Assembly: GCA_965213675.1 (NCBI GenBank)
Contig: OZ243916.1
Coordinates: 1,696,001-1,760,000, forward strand
From: an uncultured Candidatus Binatia bacterium
GTDB taxonomy: Bacteria; Desulfobacterota; Binatia; UBA9968; JAJDTQ01
Length of the DNA: 64,000 nucleotides
Direction: 5' to 3'
Position 1 is the first letter of the stretch, and the number at the start of each line of letters is the position of its first letter. The notes below the pieces were generated by a model. That model saw only the letters and a list, made by a program, of their open reading frames with translations, was not told where the DNA came from and made no database searches. Below, piece by piece: positions 1-8,606 of this stretch. Both the position numbers and the translations under genes were made by a program.

Positions 1-774
1 AACCTGCGGAACTACATTCAGGACCGGCTCGGGGCACGGAAAATCCTGCTCATGACCCACGTGATCGTGGGTTATCCGTCCCTGGACGTGAACTGGCGCA
101 TGCTGGAAGCGATGGCGCGCGCCGACGTGGATCTGGTGGAGTTGCAGATGCCCTTCAGCGAGCCCATCGCCGACGGGCCGGTGTTCGCCCGGGCGAACCA
201 GGAGGCACTCAAGCAGGGGCTTTCCGTCGACCAGTACTTCGATTTCATGGCAAGGGCCACCGAGCGGTTCGGGTTTCCGCACCTGATGATGGGGTATTAC
301 AACACCGTGTTCCAACTCACCCATCGGACCTTCTGCGAGCGGCTGAGCGCGGCCGGCGGCGCGGGTTTCATCGTCCCCGACCTTCCCATCGAAGAATACC
401 GTGATCTCGCGCCACTCAGCGAGGCAAACGGGTTGACGCCCGTGGCGCTGTTCACCCCGACCAACACGGACGCGCGCCTGGCCGAGATCGGGCGCCACGG
501 CCGCGGCTTCGTCTACGGCGTCGCCCGGCGCGGCGTCACCGGCAAGCGCACCGACCTGCAAGCCGGCATTGACGCGCTGGTGGCCCGCTACCGCGCGGCC
601 ACGGACCTTCCCTTGGCGCTGGGCTTCGGCATCGCGGGCGGCGACGACGTGCGCCAGCTCCACGGAAGCTGCGAAATCGCCATCGTCGGCTCGGCGCTTT
701 TGGAACGCTGGGAGAACGGCGGCGAGGAAGCGTACTCGGAGCTTCTCGACGAGTTGCAGAAGGCGCGCGGCTGA
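1..774 (+). CDS. trpA: Tryptophan synthase alpha chain (5'-truncated by window edge)
   Basis: Motifs GYPS, ELQMPFSEPIADGP, IVPDLP, RRGVTG, LGFGI, IVGSAL. The frame is open from base 1 (NLRNYIQDRLGARKILLMTH), so the start lies upstream of the window. Confidence 0.95.
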   Translation, partial: NLRNYIQDRLGARKILLMTHVIVGYPSLDVNWRMLEAMARADVDLVELQMPFSEPIADGPVFARANQEALKQGLSVDQYFDFMARATERFGFPHLMMGYYNTVFQLTHRTFCERLSAAGGAGFIVPDLPIEEYRDLAPLSEANGLTPVALFTPTNTDARLAEIGRHGRGFVYGVARRGVTGKRTDLQAGIDALVARYRAATDLPLALGFGIAGGDDVRQLHGSCEIAIVGSALLERWENGGEEAYSELLDELQKARG

Positions 775-849
775 GCGGCGTCCGTTCGCGACGGATGCCG
801 GAAGAAGTTCGACCGGAACCATCGTACAGCGAGCGAGGCGACCAGGAAG

Positions 850-1800
850 ATGAAAGCGGTCTACATCCCCGAAACCGGCGGCCCGGAAGTGCTGACCTAC
901 GGCGAGGTTGCCGAGCCGGAGATCGGCGCCACGGACCTGCTGGTCCGGGTCAAGGCCGCGGCGCTCAACCGACGGGATCTGTTTGCCCGGGAGGGAAGCC
1001 ACGGCGTCAAGCCGCCGCTGCCCCACGTTCCCGGCCTGGAGATAGCGGGCGAAGTGGTGGACGCCGGAGCCGAGACCACCGGGTTCAAGGCCGGCGACCG
1101 GGTGCTGGGACGTTGCCGGGGCGGCGGCTACGCGGAGCTGGCGCGGATGGAAGCCGCCGACGCCTACGTCTTCCCGGAGTGGTTGTCCTTCGAGGAGGCG
1201 GCGTGCATCGCCGTGCCCTTCGGCACCGCTTGGCGCATGCTGGTGCGCCGGGCGGAACTCAAGGCGGGGGAAGACCTGCTGGTGATGGCCGCGGGCAGCG
1301 GCATCGGCAGCGCCGCCATCCAGCTCGGCAAGCTCCTGGGAGCGCGTGTCCTCACCACGGCCGGGGCCCAGTGGAAGCTCGACAAGGCCGCGGAACTGGG
1401 CGCCGACGCGGGCATCAACTACAACGAGTTCCCCGAATTCAGCAAAAAAGTCCGGGAACTGACGGACGCTGAGGGTGTGCACGTCATCTTCGAGCACGTG
1501 GGCGCGCCGGTATGGCGCGAGTGCTTCGCCAGCCTGCGGCGCGGCGGCCGCTTCATCAACTCCGGGGTTACCGCCGGCCACCGGGTGGAACTGCACCTGG
1601 GGCAGCTCTGGACCCGGGAACTGACCCTCATGGGCACCACCATGCGCCCGCGCGAGGACATGCCGGAGATCATGAAGCTGGTGTACGAACGGAAACTGCA
1701 CGGCATCCTGTCCGAGGCCCTGCCACTCAGGGAGGCCGCCCGCGCCCACGAGTTGATGGAGCGCAGCGAGTTCTTCGGCAAGATCGTGCTGGTGCCGTAG
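850..1800 (+). CDS. Zn-independent MDR quinone oxidoreductase / alcohol dehydrogenase family
   Basis: GGPEVL, VPGLEIAGEV, AAGSGIG nucleotide-binding loop, GKIVL C-terminus; RBS AGGAAG. Confidence 0.85.
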   Translation: MKAVYIPETGGPEVLTYGEVAEPEIGATDLLVRVKAAALNRRDLFAREGSHGVKPPLPHVPGLEIAGEVVDAGAETTGFKAGDRVLGRCRGGGYAELARMEAADAYVFPEWLSFEEAACIAVPFGTAWRMLVRRAELKAGEDLLVMAAGSGIGSAAIQLGKLLGARVLTTAGAQWKLDKAAELGADAGINYNEFPEFSKKVRELTDAEGVHVIFEHVGAPVWRECFASLRRGGRFINSGVTAGHRVELHLGQLWTRELTLMGTTMRPREDMPEIMKLVYERKLHGILSEALPLREAARAHELMERSEFFGKIVLVP

Positions 1801-1856
1801 AATGTCCCATCCAGTGCTGGTGTCGCTACCGAAACGAGCATGGTAGCCAAGCCCTG

Positions 1857-2017
1857 GGAGCCTGTCGGGTTTATCAAGAATCTACTGCGAGGCAGCGAAA
1901 TGGGTCCATTTCCGGTTGGATTTTCGTCCAATATTACCAACATACTCCTCAAATCCGCCCGAAACCGGCCTCCATTTCTCTGCCTCTCGCTACGATTCGA
2001 TAAACTCGACAGGCTCC
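1857..2017. mobile_element. MITE-like element with 19-bp terminal inverted repeats
   Basis: GGAGCCTGTCGGGTTTATC (1857-1875) vs GATAAACTCGACAGGCTCC (1999-2017), 18/19 complementary. Internal arms are also complementary (GAGGCAGCGAAATGG / CCATTTCTCTGCCTC). No transposase inside. Confidence 0.7.
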
Positions 2018-2120
2018 TATTGAGAGCCGCATAATATCGTGACACCCGAGCATGCCGGCCTCTCCTTTAGAAGGCGGTAAAGAGCACGGAAAGGCGTCAC
2101 TATATTGTGCAATGGTCAAT

Positions 2121-2255
2121 AGAATCGTCATTCCCGCGAAAGCGGGAATCCAGGAGGGGCGAGGCGGGGAAACGCCGCGGTATGCCCCTGCACCGTCCCT
2201 GGATTCCCGCCCCCGATCGGGGTCGAGGGCAAGCTTTCGCGGGAATGACGATTCT
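2121..2255. repeat. REP/RPE-like palindromic repeat (GTCATTCCCGCGAAAGCGGGAATCCAG family)
   Basis: Perfect 23-bp inverted repeat AGAATCGTCATTCCCGCGAAAGC / GCTTTCGCGGGAATGACGATTCT plus inner GCGGGAATCCAGG / CCTGGATTCCCGC; partial copies elsewhere in the window. Confidence 0.8.
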
Positions 2256-2360
2256 GGGGATCCGAGATCTCATCTCGTGACACCGATTCTTCATCCCCTG
2301 GTATGTCGGATTCAAGCCAGAGTGGGTGATCGCCGGTCACGGTTCGAGGCATGAGAGCTT

Positions 2361-3308
2361 ATGCGGTTCGGGATCATGGGGACAGGCGGCGTGGGGGGTT
2401 ACTTCGGAGGGCTGCTGGCGCGGGTGGGCTGGCCGGTGTGCTTCATTGCCCGGGGCAGTCACCTCCGCGCCTTGAGAGAGCACGGTCTGCGCGTGGATTC
2501 GGTGGAGCCGGGAGGGTTTAGGGTCCGGGACGCGGTGTTCACCGACGATGCGGTGGAGGCCGGACCGTGCGACGTGATCCTGTACTGCGTCAAGACCCCT
2601 TCCAACGACACCGCGATCCCGTTCATGCGGCCCATGATGCACTCCGATTCCGTTGTGATCTCGCTGCAGAACGGTGTCGACAACGGCGAGAGGCTGGCGC
2701 GGGAATATGGCGCGGGACGGGTGATGGAGGGGGCGGCCTATGTCTTCAGCACCATCGCCGGGCCGGGGCGAATTCACCAGACCGGCGGCCCGCGCCGCAT
2801 CGTGTTCGGACGCCTCGATGGCGGCGCCACCGCCGAGGGGGAGCGGATCGTGGAGGCCATGCGCCGTGGGCAGGTGGACGCGCGCCTCTCCACGGACATC
2901 CGCATCGAACTGTGGAACAAGTTCATCCTGATCTGCGCGGTGAGCGGCATGACCGCGCTGACCCGGCGGCCCCTGGGTGAGATCCTCGGCTATGACGGCA
3001 CCGCGCGCATGGCCCGGGAAGTGATGCGGGAGGTGTACCGGCTGGCGCTGGCCATGGGCATTCCGCTGGAACCCGATTCCGACGCCGCGAACTATCGCTT
3101 CATGACGCGACAGCCGCCCTCCAGCAAGGGGAGCATGTGCCACGACGTGGAGGCCGGACGGCGGCTTGAAATCGACGCGCTCAACGGCTTCGTCTCGCAC
3201 ATGGGCCGGGTCCATGGGGTGGCCACGCCGCTCAACGATTTCCTCTACGACACGCTGAAGCTGGAGGACGTGCAGGCGGCGCAACGGCTCAACGAAGGGC
3301 CATCGTGA
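2361..3308 (+). CDS. panE: 2-dehydropantoate 2-reductase (ketopantoate reductase family)
   Basis: GTGGVGGYFG, SLQNG, LWNKF, SMCHDVEAGRRLEIDALNG. Confidence 0.85.
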   Translation: MRFGIMGTGGVGGYFGGLLARVGWPVCFIARGSHLRALREHGLRVDSVEPGGFRVRDAVFTDDAVEAGPCDVILYCVKTPSNDTAIPFMRPMMHSDSVVISLQNGVDNGERLAREYGAGRVMEGAAYVFSTIAGPGRIHQTGGPRRIVFGRLDGGATAEGERIVEAMRRGQVDARLSTDIRIELWNKFILICAVSGMTALTRRPLGEILGYDGTARMAREVMREVYRLALAMGIPLEPDSDAANYRFMTRQPPSSKGSMCHDVEAGRRLEIDALNGFVSHMGRVHGVATPLNDFLYDTLKLEDVQAAQRLNEGPS

Positions 3309-4018
3309 ACGCGCTTCGCCAACACACGGACAAGATCGCCGTGGACCGGGGCATGGAGGTGTCCACAGTGACGGCGGAGCCCCCGGGCGGCCGGTCCGGC
3401 GCGGCCGACGTCATCGTGCTCGCCCACGGCGCGGGCGCGGACATGCACCACCCGTTCATGACCTTCTTCCACGAGGCATTGGCCCGGGCGGGTTGGCTGT
3501 CGGTCAAATTCAACTTTCCCTACAAGGAGTTAGGGCGAAAGGCCCCGGACCCCGCAGCCCGGCTGGAGGACGCGTTCGAGCGGGTTCTGGACCATGTGCG
3601 CGGGACTCTGCGTCCGGCGCCGGGCCGGCTCTTCATCGGCGGCAAGTCCATGGGCGGCCGCATCGCCGCCAACGTCGCGGCCAAGGAAGCGGAGGCGGGC
3701 GAACAGAACCTCGCGGGCCTCGTCTTCCTGGGCTACCCGCTGCACGCGCCCAAGCGCCACGACAAGCTGCGCGCCGACAACCTCATGAAGATCGCCGCGC
3801 CCATGCTGTTCGTGGAGGGCACCAGCGATCCCTTCTGCCGCCTGGACCTGTTGGACGAGGTGCTGGAGCGGGTGACGGCCGCGACCACGAAGCACCTGAT
3901 CGAAGGCGGCAACCACGACTTCCGCGTCCCCAAGCGGCTGGGCCGCGAGCCCGAGGACATCTGGCAGGAGGTCGTAGAGGTCATCGGCCGCTGGCGGAAG
4001 ACGCTGCCCGCCGGGTGA
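3305..4018 (+). CDS. Alpha/beta hydrolase (KANL3/Tex30-like)
   Basis: LAHGAG, GGKSMGGR nucleophile elbow, LGYPLH, GTSDPF, GGNHDF. Confidence 0.85.
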   Translation: MNALRQHTDKIAVDRGMEVSTVTAEPPGGRSGAADVIVLAHGAGADMHHPFMTFFHEALARAGWLSVKFNFPYKELGRKAPDPAARLEDAFERVLDHVRGTLRPAPGRLFIGGKSMGGRIAANVAAKEAEAGEQNLAGLVFLGYPLHAPKRHDKLRADNLMKIAAPMLFVEGTSDPFCRLDLLDEVLERVTAATTKHLIEGGNHDFRVPKRLGREPEDIWQEVVEVIGRWRKTLPAG

Positions 4019-4088
4019 TGAGAGCGGCCCGCCCGCAAACCTCCGGGTTGGCGACCCTCGCCTCGCGGACCAGGCGGCGCGGGCGCCG

Positions 4089-4685
4089 TTACTTCGCCGC
4101 TTCCTTGCGGCGCGCCGTCTGGGTCACCACGGGTTCCATCGGCACGTCGCTGTGGGGGCCGCGGTTGCCGGTCTGCACACCGGCGATCTTGTCCACCACA
4201 TCCATCCCCTCCACCACACGGCCAAACACCGCATAGCCGAAATCGCGGGTGCCGTGGTCGAGGAACGCGTTGTCTTTCAAGTTGATGAAAAACTGGGAGG
4301 TGGCGCTGTTGACGTCCGAGGTACGCGCCATGGACAGGGTGCCGCGGGAATTCTTGACGCCATTGTCGGCCTCGTTCTTGATGGGCGCACGGGTTGGTTT
4401 CTGGTTCATGTCGGCGGTGAAGCCGCCGCCCTGGATCACGAAACCGGGAATGACCCGATGAAAGATGGTGCCGTCGAAGAAGCCGGCATCGACGTATTCA
4501 AGAAAGTTCTTCGTCGTGACCGGCGCCTCTTCGGACAAAAGCTCGATCATGATGTCGCCCATCGACGTGGAAAATGTCACCACAGGCCTGTCTCCTCCCT
4601 CTGCGGTTGGACTGAACGCCACCGCGCCCAGAAACAAAAAGATCGCCGCTGCAAGGCACCTGAGTGCCGTTCCCTGCTGTCTCAA
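4089..4685 (-). CDS. ppiA: Cyclophilin-type peptidyl-prolyl cis-trans isomerase, probably exported
   Basis: [42 protein letters not shown] start at 4685 follows AGGAGG; hydrophobic signal-like N-terminus. Confidence 0.9.
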   Translation of the reverse strand: MRQQGTALRCLAAAIFLFLGAVAFSPTAEGGDRPVVTFSTSMGDIMIELLSEEAPVTTKNFLEYVDAGFFDGTIFHRVIPGFVIQGGGFTADMNQKPTRAPIKNEADNGVKNSRGTLSMARTSDVNSATSQFFINLKDNAFLDHGTRDFGYAVFGRVVEGMDVVDKIAGVQTGNRGPHSDVPMEPVVTQTARRKEAAK

Positions 4686-4759
4686 GAGATACCTCCTTTG
4701 GTGTCCCAATGTTCGAACCGGCCGTTGTCTTGTGTCCGATACGAGCACTTGACCTGTGC

Positions 4760-5590
4760 TCAAGTCTGACTGGCGGGGGCCGGGAACGCTTCCGCTGGAA
4801 TGTGATCGAGTATCCAGTCCACCACGCTGGGTTTTCCCATAACGAGGTCGAAACGGCGCTCCCGCGGTTCCTTTCCGGCACGCTCGAAGCACAGGTAGCG
4901 GCCGCCCGCCTCCTCCATCAAGACCTTGCTGGCCATGGTATCCCAAAGGCGCAGATCGAAGTCCACCATGGCCGCCACCGAGCCATCGAGCGCCAGCGCG
5001 TGGCCAAAGCAGTCGGTGTACGTCCGCACGCCGGGATGCGCCCGCATGAGCGCGTCGAACACCAAGGGCTGCCCGGCGTTCACGAACTGCTGGCGATCCC
5101 CGACGCCGATGATCTCCTGGTCCAGCGCACCGTGGCCAGGCAGATCCGCCAACGCCAGCGCCCGGCCATTGCACCGCGCGCCGAGGCCCCTGGCCGCGCT
5201 GTAGGTCCTGTCGAACCCGGGCAAGTCGATGATGCCGAGGATCGGATCGTCGCCGTCGAGGAGGGCCAGGAGCGTGCCGTAGAGCGGCACCCCGTGGCGA
5301 AAGCTCTTGGTACCGTCGATGGGATCGATGACCCAGGTGAGGGCGTGGGCGCCGCCGGCTTCAGGCAGTTCCTCGCCGATGATGCGGTGCGCGGGAAAGC
5401 GCTCGGCCAACAACGCGCGCGCCTTCTCCTCCACCGCGATGTCGACATCGGTCACGAAGCTCCCGTCGGCCTTGGAACGGTGCGTGAACCCCGTCTCCAG
5501 AGCGTTCCGGATCAGCCCACGGGTCTCCCGGACGATGCCCAGGGCGTCGGACAGCATCGCGCTCAATGCGTTCGCGGGCACGCCGTTCAC
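4760..5590 (-). CDS. Inositol monophosphatase family (HisN-like histidinol-phosphatase)
   Basis: [31 protein letters not shown]; GTG start inferred. Confidence 0.8.
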   Translation of the reverse strand: MNGVPANALSAMLSDALGIVRETRGLIRNALETGFTHRSKADGSFVTDVDIAVEEKARALLAERFPAHRIIGEELPEAGGAHALTWVIDPIDGTKSFRHGVPLYGTLLALLDGDDPILGIIDLPGFDRTYSAARGLGARCNGRALALADLPGHGALDQEIIGVGDRQQFVNAGQPLVFDALMRAHPGVRTYTDCFGHALALDGSVAAMVDFDLRLWDTMASKVLMEEAGGRYLCFERAGKEPRERRFDLVMGKPSVVDWILDHIPAEAFPAPASQT

Positions 5591-5814
5591 GAGGGGCCTC
5601 TTCCCGCACACCCCGGCATTGCCTCGCTGCAACCCATGGGCGGAGTATACACGCTGCCCGGAATACAGTGAAACGAGGAAGGCGCTGGCAACCGTGGCGA
5701 GCGATGCGACACGGCCTGCGAATCGTCATGGATGCCGCCGAACGACGGTGGACGGCCGGGGCTTGCGGCTGTTAGGGTTGGCCAACCGATCCATCGGCAG
5801 CGAGGAGGCTTCCC

Positions 5815-6573
5815 ATGCACCATGCGATCCACGCCATGACCGTCGGCATCGCCGAGAATTGGCGCCACTCCGGCATCATGCCGTGCATCCGCAGCGACGC
5901 GGAGCGCGACGAGCCGGTGCCCTACATCATCTGGTGCATCGAGACCCCGGACGGCCCGGTGGTGGTGGACACGGCCTACCACCCCGACTACGTCACCGCG
6001 GAGTGGGCCCAGGGGAACCAGTTCCGCGAGCCGGCGCGGTTGCTTGGCGAGATCGGCATCCGGCCGGAAGACGTGGCCACGGTCATCGTGACCCACTTCC
6101 ACGTGGACCACTTCACCGGCTTCGACTTCTTCCCCAAGGCGAACTTCGTCATCCAGAAGGACGAGTACGATTTCTGGACCGGGCCGATGATGCGTTTCGA
6201 CTACCTCAACAAGCTGGTGCGCCCCAAGGTGCGGCCGGCGCTGCAACGGTTGGTGGACGAGGGCCGCGTCACCCTGGTGGACGGGGACCATGCGCTCGCG
6301 CCGGGCGTGGAGTTGCTCAAGGCCGGCGGCCACACCCCGGGCTCACAGATGGTGGCAGTGGACACGGCCGGGGGCCGGGCCGTGCTGTGCGGCGACATCG
6401 CCTACACCTACCGGAACCTGCGCGAGCGCCTCCCGGTGGGTTGGTACTTCAACCTGCCCGACTCGGTGCTGGCGCTGGACCGGGCGCTCCAGACCGCGTC
6501 GCGCCCGGAGTTGTCATTTCCCAACCACGACCCGGAGATCATGCAAGGCAAGCGGGTGACCCGGGTGGCCTGA
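5815..6573 (+). CDS. Metallo-beta-lactamase fold hydrolase, N-acyl homoserine lactonase family
   Basis: THFHVDH (HxHxDH), GGHTPGSQ, LCGD, PNHDP. Confidence 0.8.
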   Translation: MHHAIHAMTVGIAENWRHSGIMPCIRSDAERDEPVPYIIWCIETPDGPVVVDTAYHPDYVTAEWAQGNQFREPARLLGEIGIRPEDVATVIVTHFHVDHFTGFDFFPKANFVIQKDEYDFWTGPMMRFDYLNKLVRPKVRPALQRLVDEGRVTLVDGDHALAPGVELLKAGGHTPGSQMVAVDTAGGRAVLCGDIAYTYRNLRERLPVGWYFNLPDSVLALDRALQTASRPELSFPNHDPEIMQGKRVTRVA

Positions 6574-6580
6574 GGGCGGC

Positions 6581-7432
6581 GTGGCGACATCCAACCCGGA
6601 GTCCGTGCCGGCGGTCCTCACGAATCACGAACATCAGGGACAAATGAACCTCGAGAACGCACTGGCAACGGCCCGAGGGGCGGCGCATCACGCCGGAGAG
6701 AAGCTCCTCTCCTACTACACGTCGCAATACACCATCCGGCACAAGGCCGGGGGAAACCCGGTGACCACCGCCGACATCGAGGCCAACACCTTGTTGCGGG
6801 AAGCCCTGCTCGGCGCCTTCCCCGAATCCGGCTGGCTGTCGGAGGAATCCTCCGATGACGGCAAACGGCTGCAAAGGGAGTGGGTGTGGATCGTGGACCC
6901 CCTGGACGGGACCGTGGAGTTCATCAAGGGGATCGACGAGTTTGCCGTGTCCGTGGCCCTAGTGCGCGGCGCGACGCCGGTGGTGGCGGTGACGTACAAC
7001 CCGGCCACCGGGTGCATGACCCATTGCCGTCAGGGCTCCGGGACGTTCCGGAACGACCGGCCCGTGCGCGTATCGGATCGCCCGGGACTGGCGGGAGCCA
7101 CCGCACTGGCCAGCCGGAGCGAGACCCGGAGGGGCCTCTTGGCCGGGTTGGAGGGGACGATCAAAATCACGCCGACAGGCAGCATCGCCCACAAACTCGC
7201 GGAGTTTGCCGGCGGACGCGCCGACCTCACCGTGAGCCTGGCGCCGAAGAACGAATGGGACGTGTGCGCGGGAGTGCTGCTGGCGGAGGAAGCCGGGGCC
7301 AAGGTCACGGACCTGGACGGGCGCCCTTTCGCTTTCAATCAACCCGACACGCTGCGCAACGGCGTCATCGCCGCCAACCCGTCACTCTATCCGGAGCTGT
7401 TCCAGCTCGTGGCCGAGCGCAGGCGCTCCTAG
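6581..7432 (+). CDS. cysQ: 3'(2'),5'-bisphosphate nucleotidase CysQ / inositol monophosphatase family
   Basis: PVTTADIEAN, WLSEE, WIVDPLDGTVEF, EWDVCAG; alternative ATG start at 6644. Confidence 0.75.
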   Translation: MATSNPESVPAVLTNHEHQGQMNLENALATARGAAHHAGEKLLSYYTSQYTIRHKAGGNPVTTADIEANTLLREALLGAFPESGWLSEESSDDGKRLQREWVWIVDPLDGTVEFIKGIDEFAVSVALVRGATPVVAVTYNPATGCMTHCRQGSGTFRNDRPVRVSDRPGLAGATALASRSETRRGLLAGLEGTIKITPTGSIAHKLAEFAGGRADLTVSLAPKNEWDVCAGVLLAEEAGAKVTDLDGRPFAFNQPDTLRNGVIAANPSLYPELFQLVAERRRS

Positions 7433-7439
7433 TGTGGTG

Positions 7440-7511
7440 CCTGGTTTCCCGCCCCCGATCGGGGTCGAGGGCAAGCTTTCGCGGGAATGACGGAAGGAGG
7501 GCGGAATGACG
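7440..7511. repeat. Half copy of the REP/RPE-like repeat
   Basis: TTCCCGCCCCCGATCGGGGTCGAGGGCAAGCTTTCGCGGGAATGACG is identical to the right arm of the 2121-2255 element. Confidence 0.8.
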
Positions 7512-7527
7512 ATATCGGGCGCCGGCG

Positions 7528-7779
7528 TCATTCCGTATCCGAATCCGGATCGGCGACTTCCTGCAGCAGTTCCAGGGCCGTGTCAGCCTCTTCTTCCGGC
7601 ACCTGGATGACCGCGGCCGCTCCGCCCGATCCGAACGCGCCCCACAACGGCCCCACCGGCAGCAGGGTCAGCGCTGATTCGCCCTGGACCACGTAGGTGA
7701 TTCCGGCGCTCTCCAGGACGGACTTGACCACGGCCAAAGTGGAGACGTCCACCGTCCGAAACACATCGACGTAGTTCAC
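7528..7779 (-). CDS. DUF2007-like small protein (putative signal-transducing protein)
   Basis: VKSVLESAGI...VQGE...IQVPEEEADTALELL pattern; GTG start overlaps the surE stop. Confidence 0.7.
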   Translation of the reverse strand: MNYVDVFRTVDVSTLAVVKSVLESAGITYVVQGESALTLLPVGPLWGAFGSGGAAAVIQVPEEEADTALELLQEVADPDSDTE

Positions 7780-8513
7780 GGCAAGGGTCCTTCTTCCCGG
7801 GGGTTCACGGCCGCCCCGGCGATATCCAGCACCAGCTTCGTCACTGCAACGCGCCCGCCCAGACACACGTCCACGTCCCGCCCGGGCTGCCGCGGACGCT
7901 GGTGATACACCGCCTCGTAGACGAACGCGCCTTCTTCCTTCCGGTAGGCCACCCCGAGGGGCCCCGTGTCCAGCGCGCAGAACGCCAGGTCCACCGCGCC
8001 GTCGGCGGGCGGGTGCGGCAGGTTCACGTTCCAGTACCCGCCCCGGGCCAGCTCGCCGGCCAACAGCCGCCGGAGCACGGGCACCGCCCGGCGATGGGTG
8101 ACATCCCAGTCCACCGGCCGGCCTTTGGCCACGTACTGTGAGATGGCAAGGGAGCGGCAGCCAAGCAGCGCGGCCTCACGGGCGGCGGCCACCGTGCCCG
8201 ACGTGTAGACGTCCGCGCCGAGGTTCGCTCCCCGGTTGATGCCCGCCAGCACCCACGACGCATCCGGCACGATCTCGGTGAGCGCTATCCGGACACAGTC
8301 GGCGGGACTGGCCTGGACACTGTAACGTCCCGCATCGACTCGCTCCACCGGGATCGGTCGGTCCGTGGTGAGTTTGTGGCCGACGCCGGACTGCACGTCC
8401 GCCGGCGCCACCACGACGACCTCGCCCCACTCGCGCACGGTCCGCTCCAGCGCTTCCAGGCCCGGAGCGTCGATGCCGTCGTCATTGGTGAGCAGCAGCT
8501 TCACGTTTCTCAT
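7776..8513 (-). CDS. surE: 5'/3'-nucleotidase SurE
   Basis: LLTNDDGIDAPG, SPADCV, GINRGANLG, SGTVAAAREA, NVNLP. Confidence 0.92.
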   Translation of the reverse strand: MRNVKLLLTNDDGIDAPGLEALERTVREWGEVVVVAPADVQSGVGHKLTTDRPIPVERVDAGRYSVQASPADCVRIALTEIVPDASWVLAGINRGANLGADVYTSGTVAAAREAALLGCRSLAISQYVAKGRPVDWDVTHRRAVPVLRRLLAGELARGGYWNVNLPHPPADGAVDLAFCALDTGPLGVAYRKEEGAFVYEAVYHQRPRQPGRDVDVCLGGRVAVTKLVLDIAGAAVNPREEGPLP

Positions 8514-8522
8514 TTTGATTCC

Positions 8523-8573
8523 GTCACCCCAGACCCCGGGTCATGCCCGGGGCAAGCTTGATCCGGGGTCCAG
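8523..8573. repeat. Related palindromic repeat variant (GTCACCCC...GATCCGGGGTCCAG)
   Basis: GACCCCGGG..CCCGGGGCAAGCTTGATCCGGGGTCC shares the GGGCAAGCTT junction with the other copies; intergenic between argS and surE. Confidence 0.5.
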
Positions 8574-8606
8574 GGGTGAAAGTGGCGCGGCAGGGATCTT
8601 CACCGC

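Noticed and set aside
4760-8513. Cluster of three phosphatases (HisN-like, CysQ, SurE) as a dedicated system
   Set aside because: Mixed orientations, all common housekeeping families, no evidence of co-regulation
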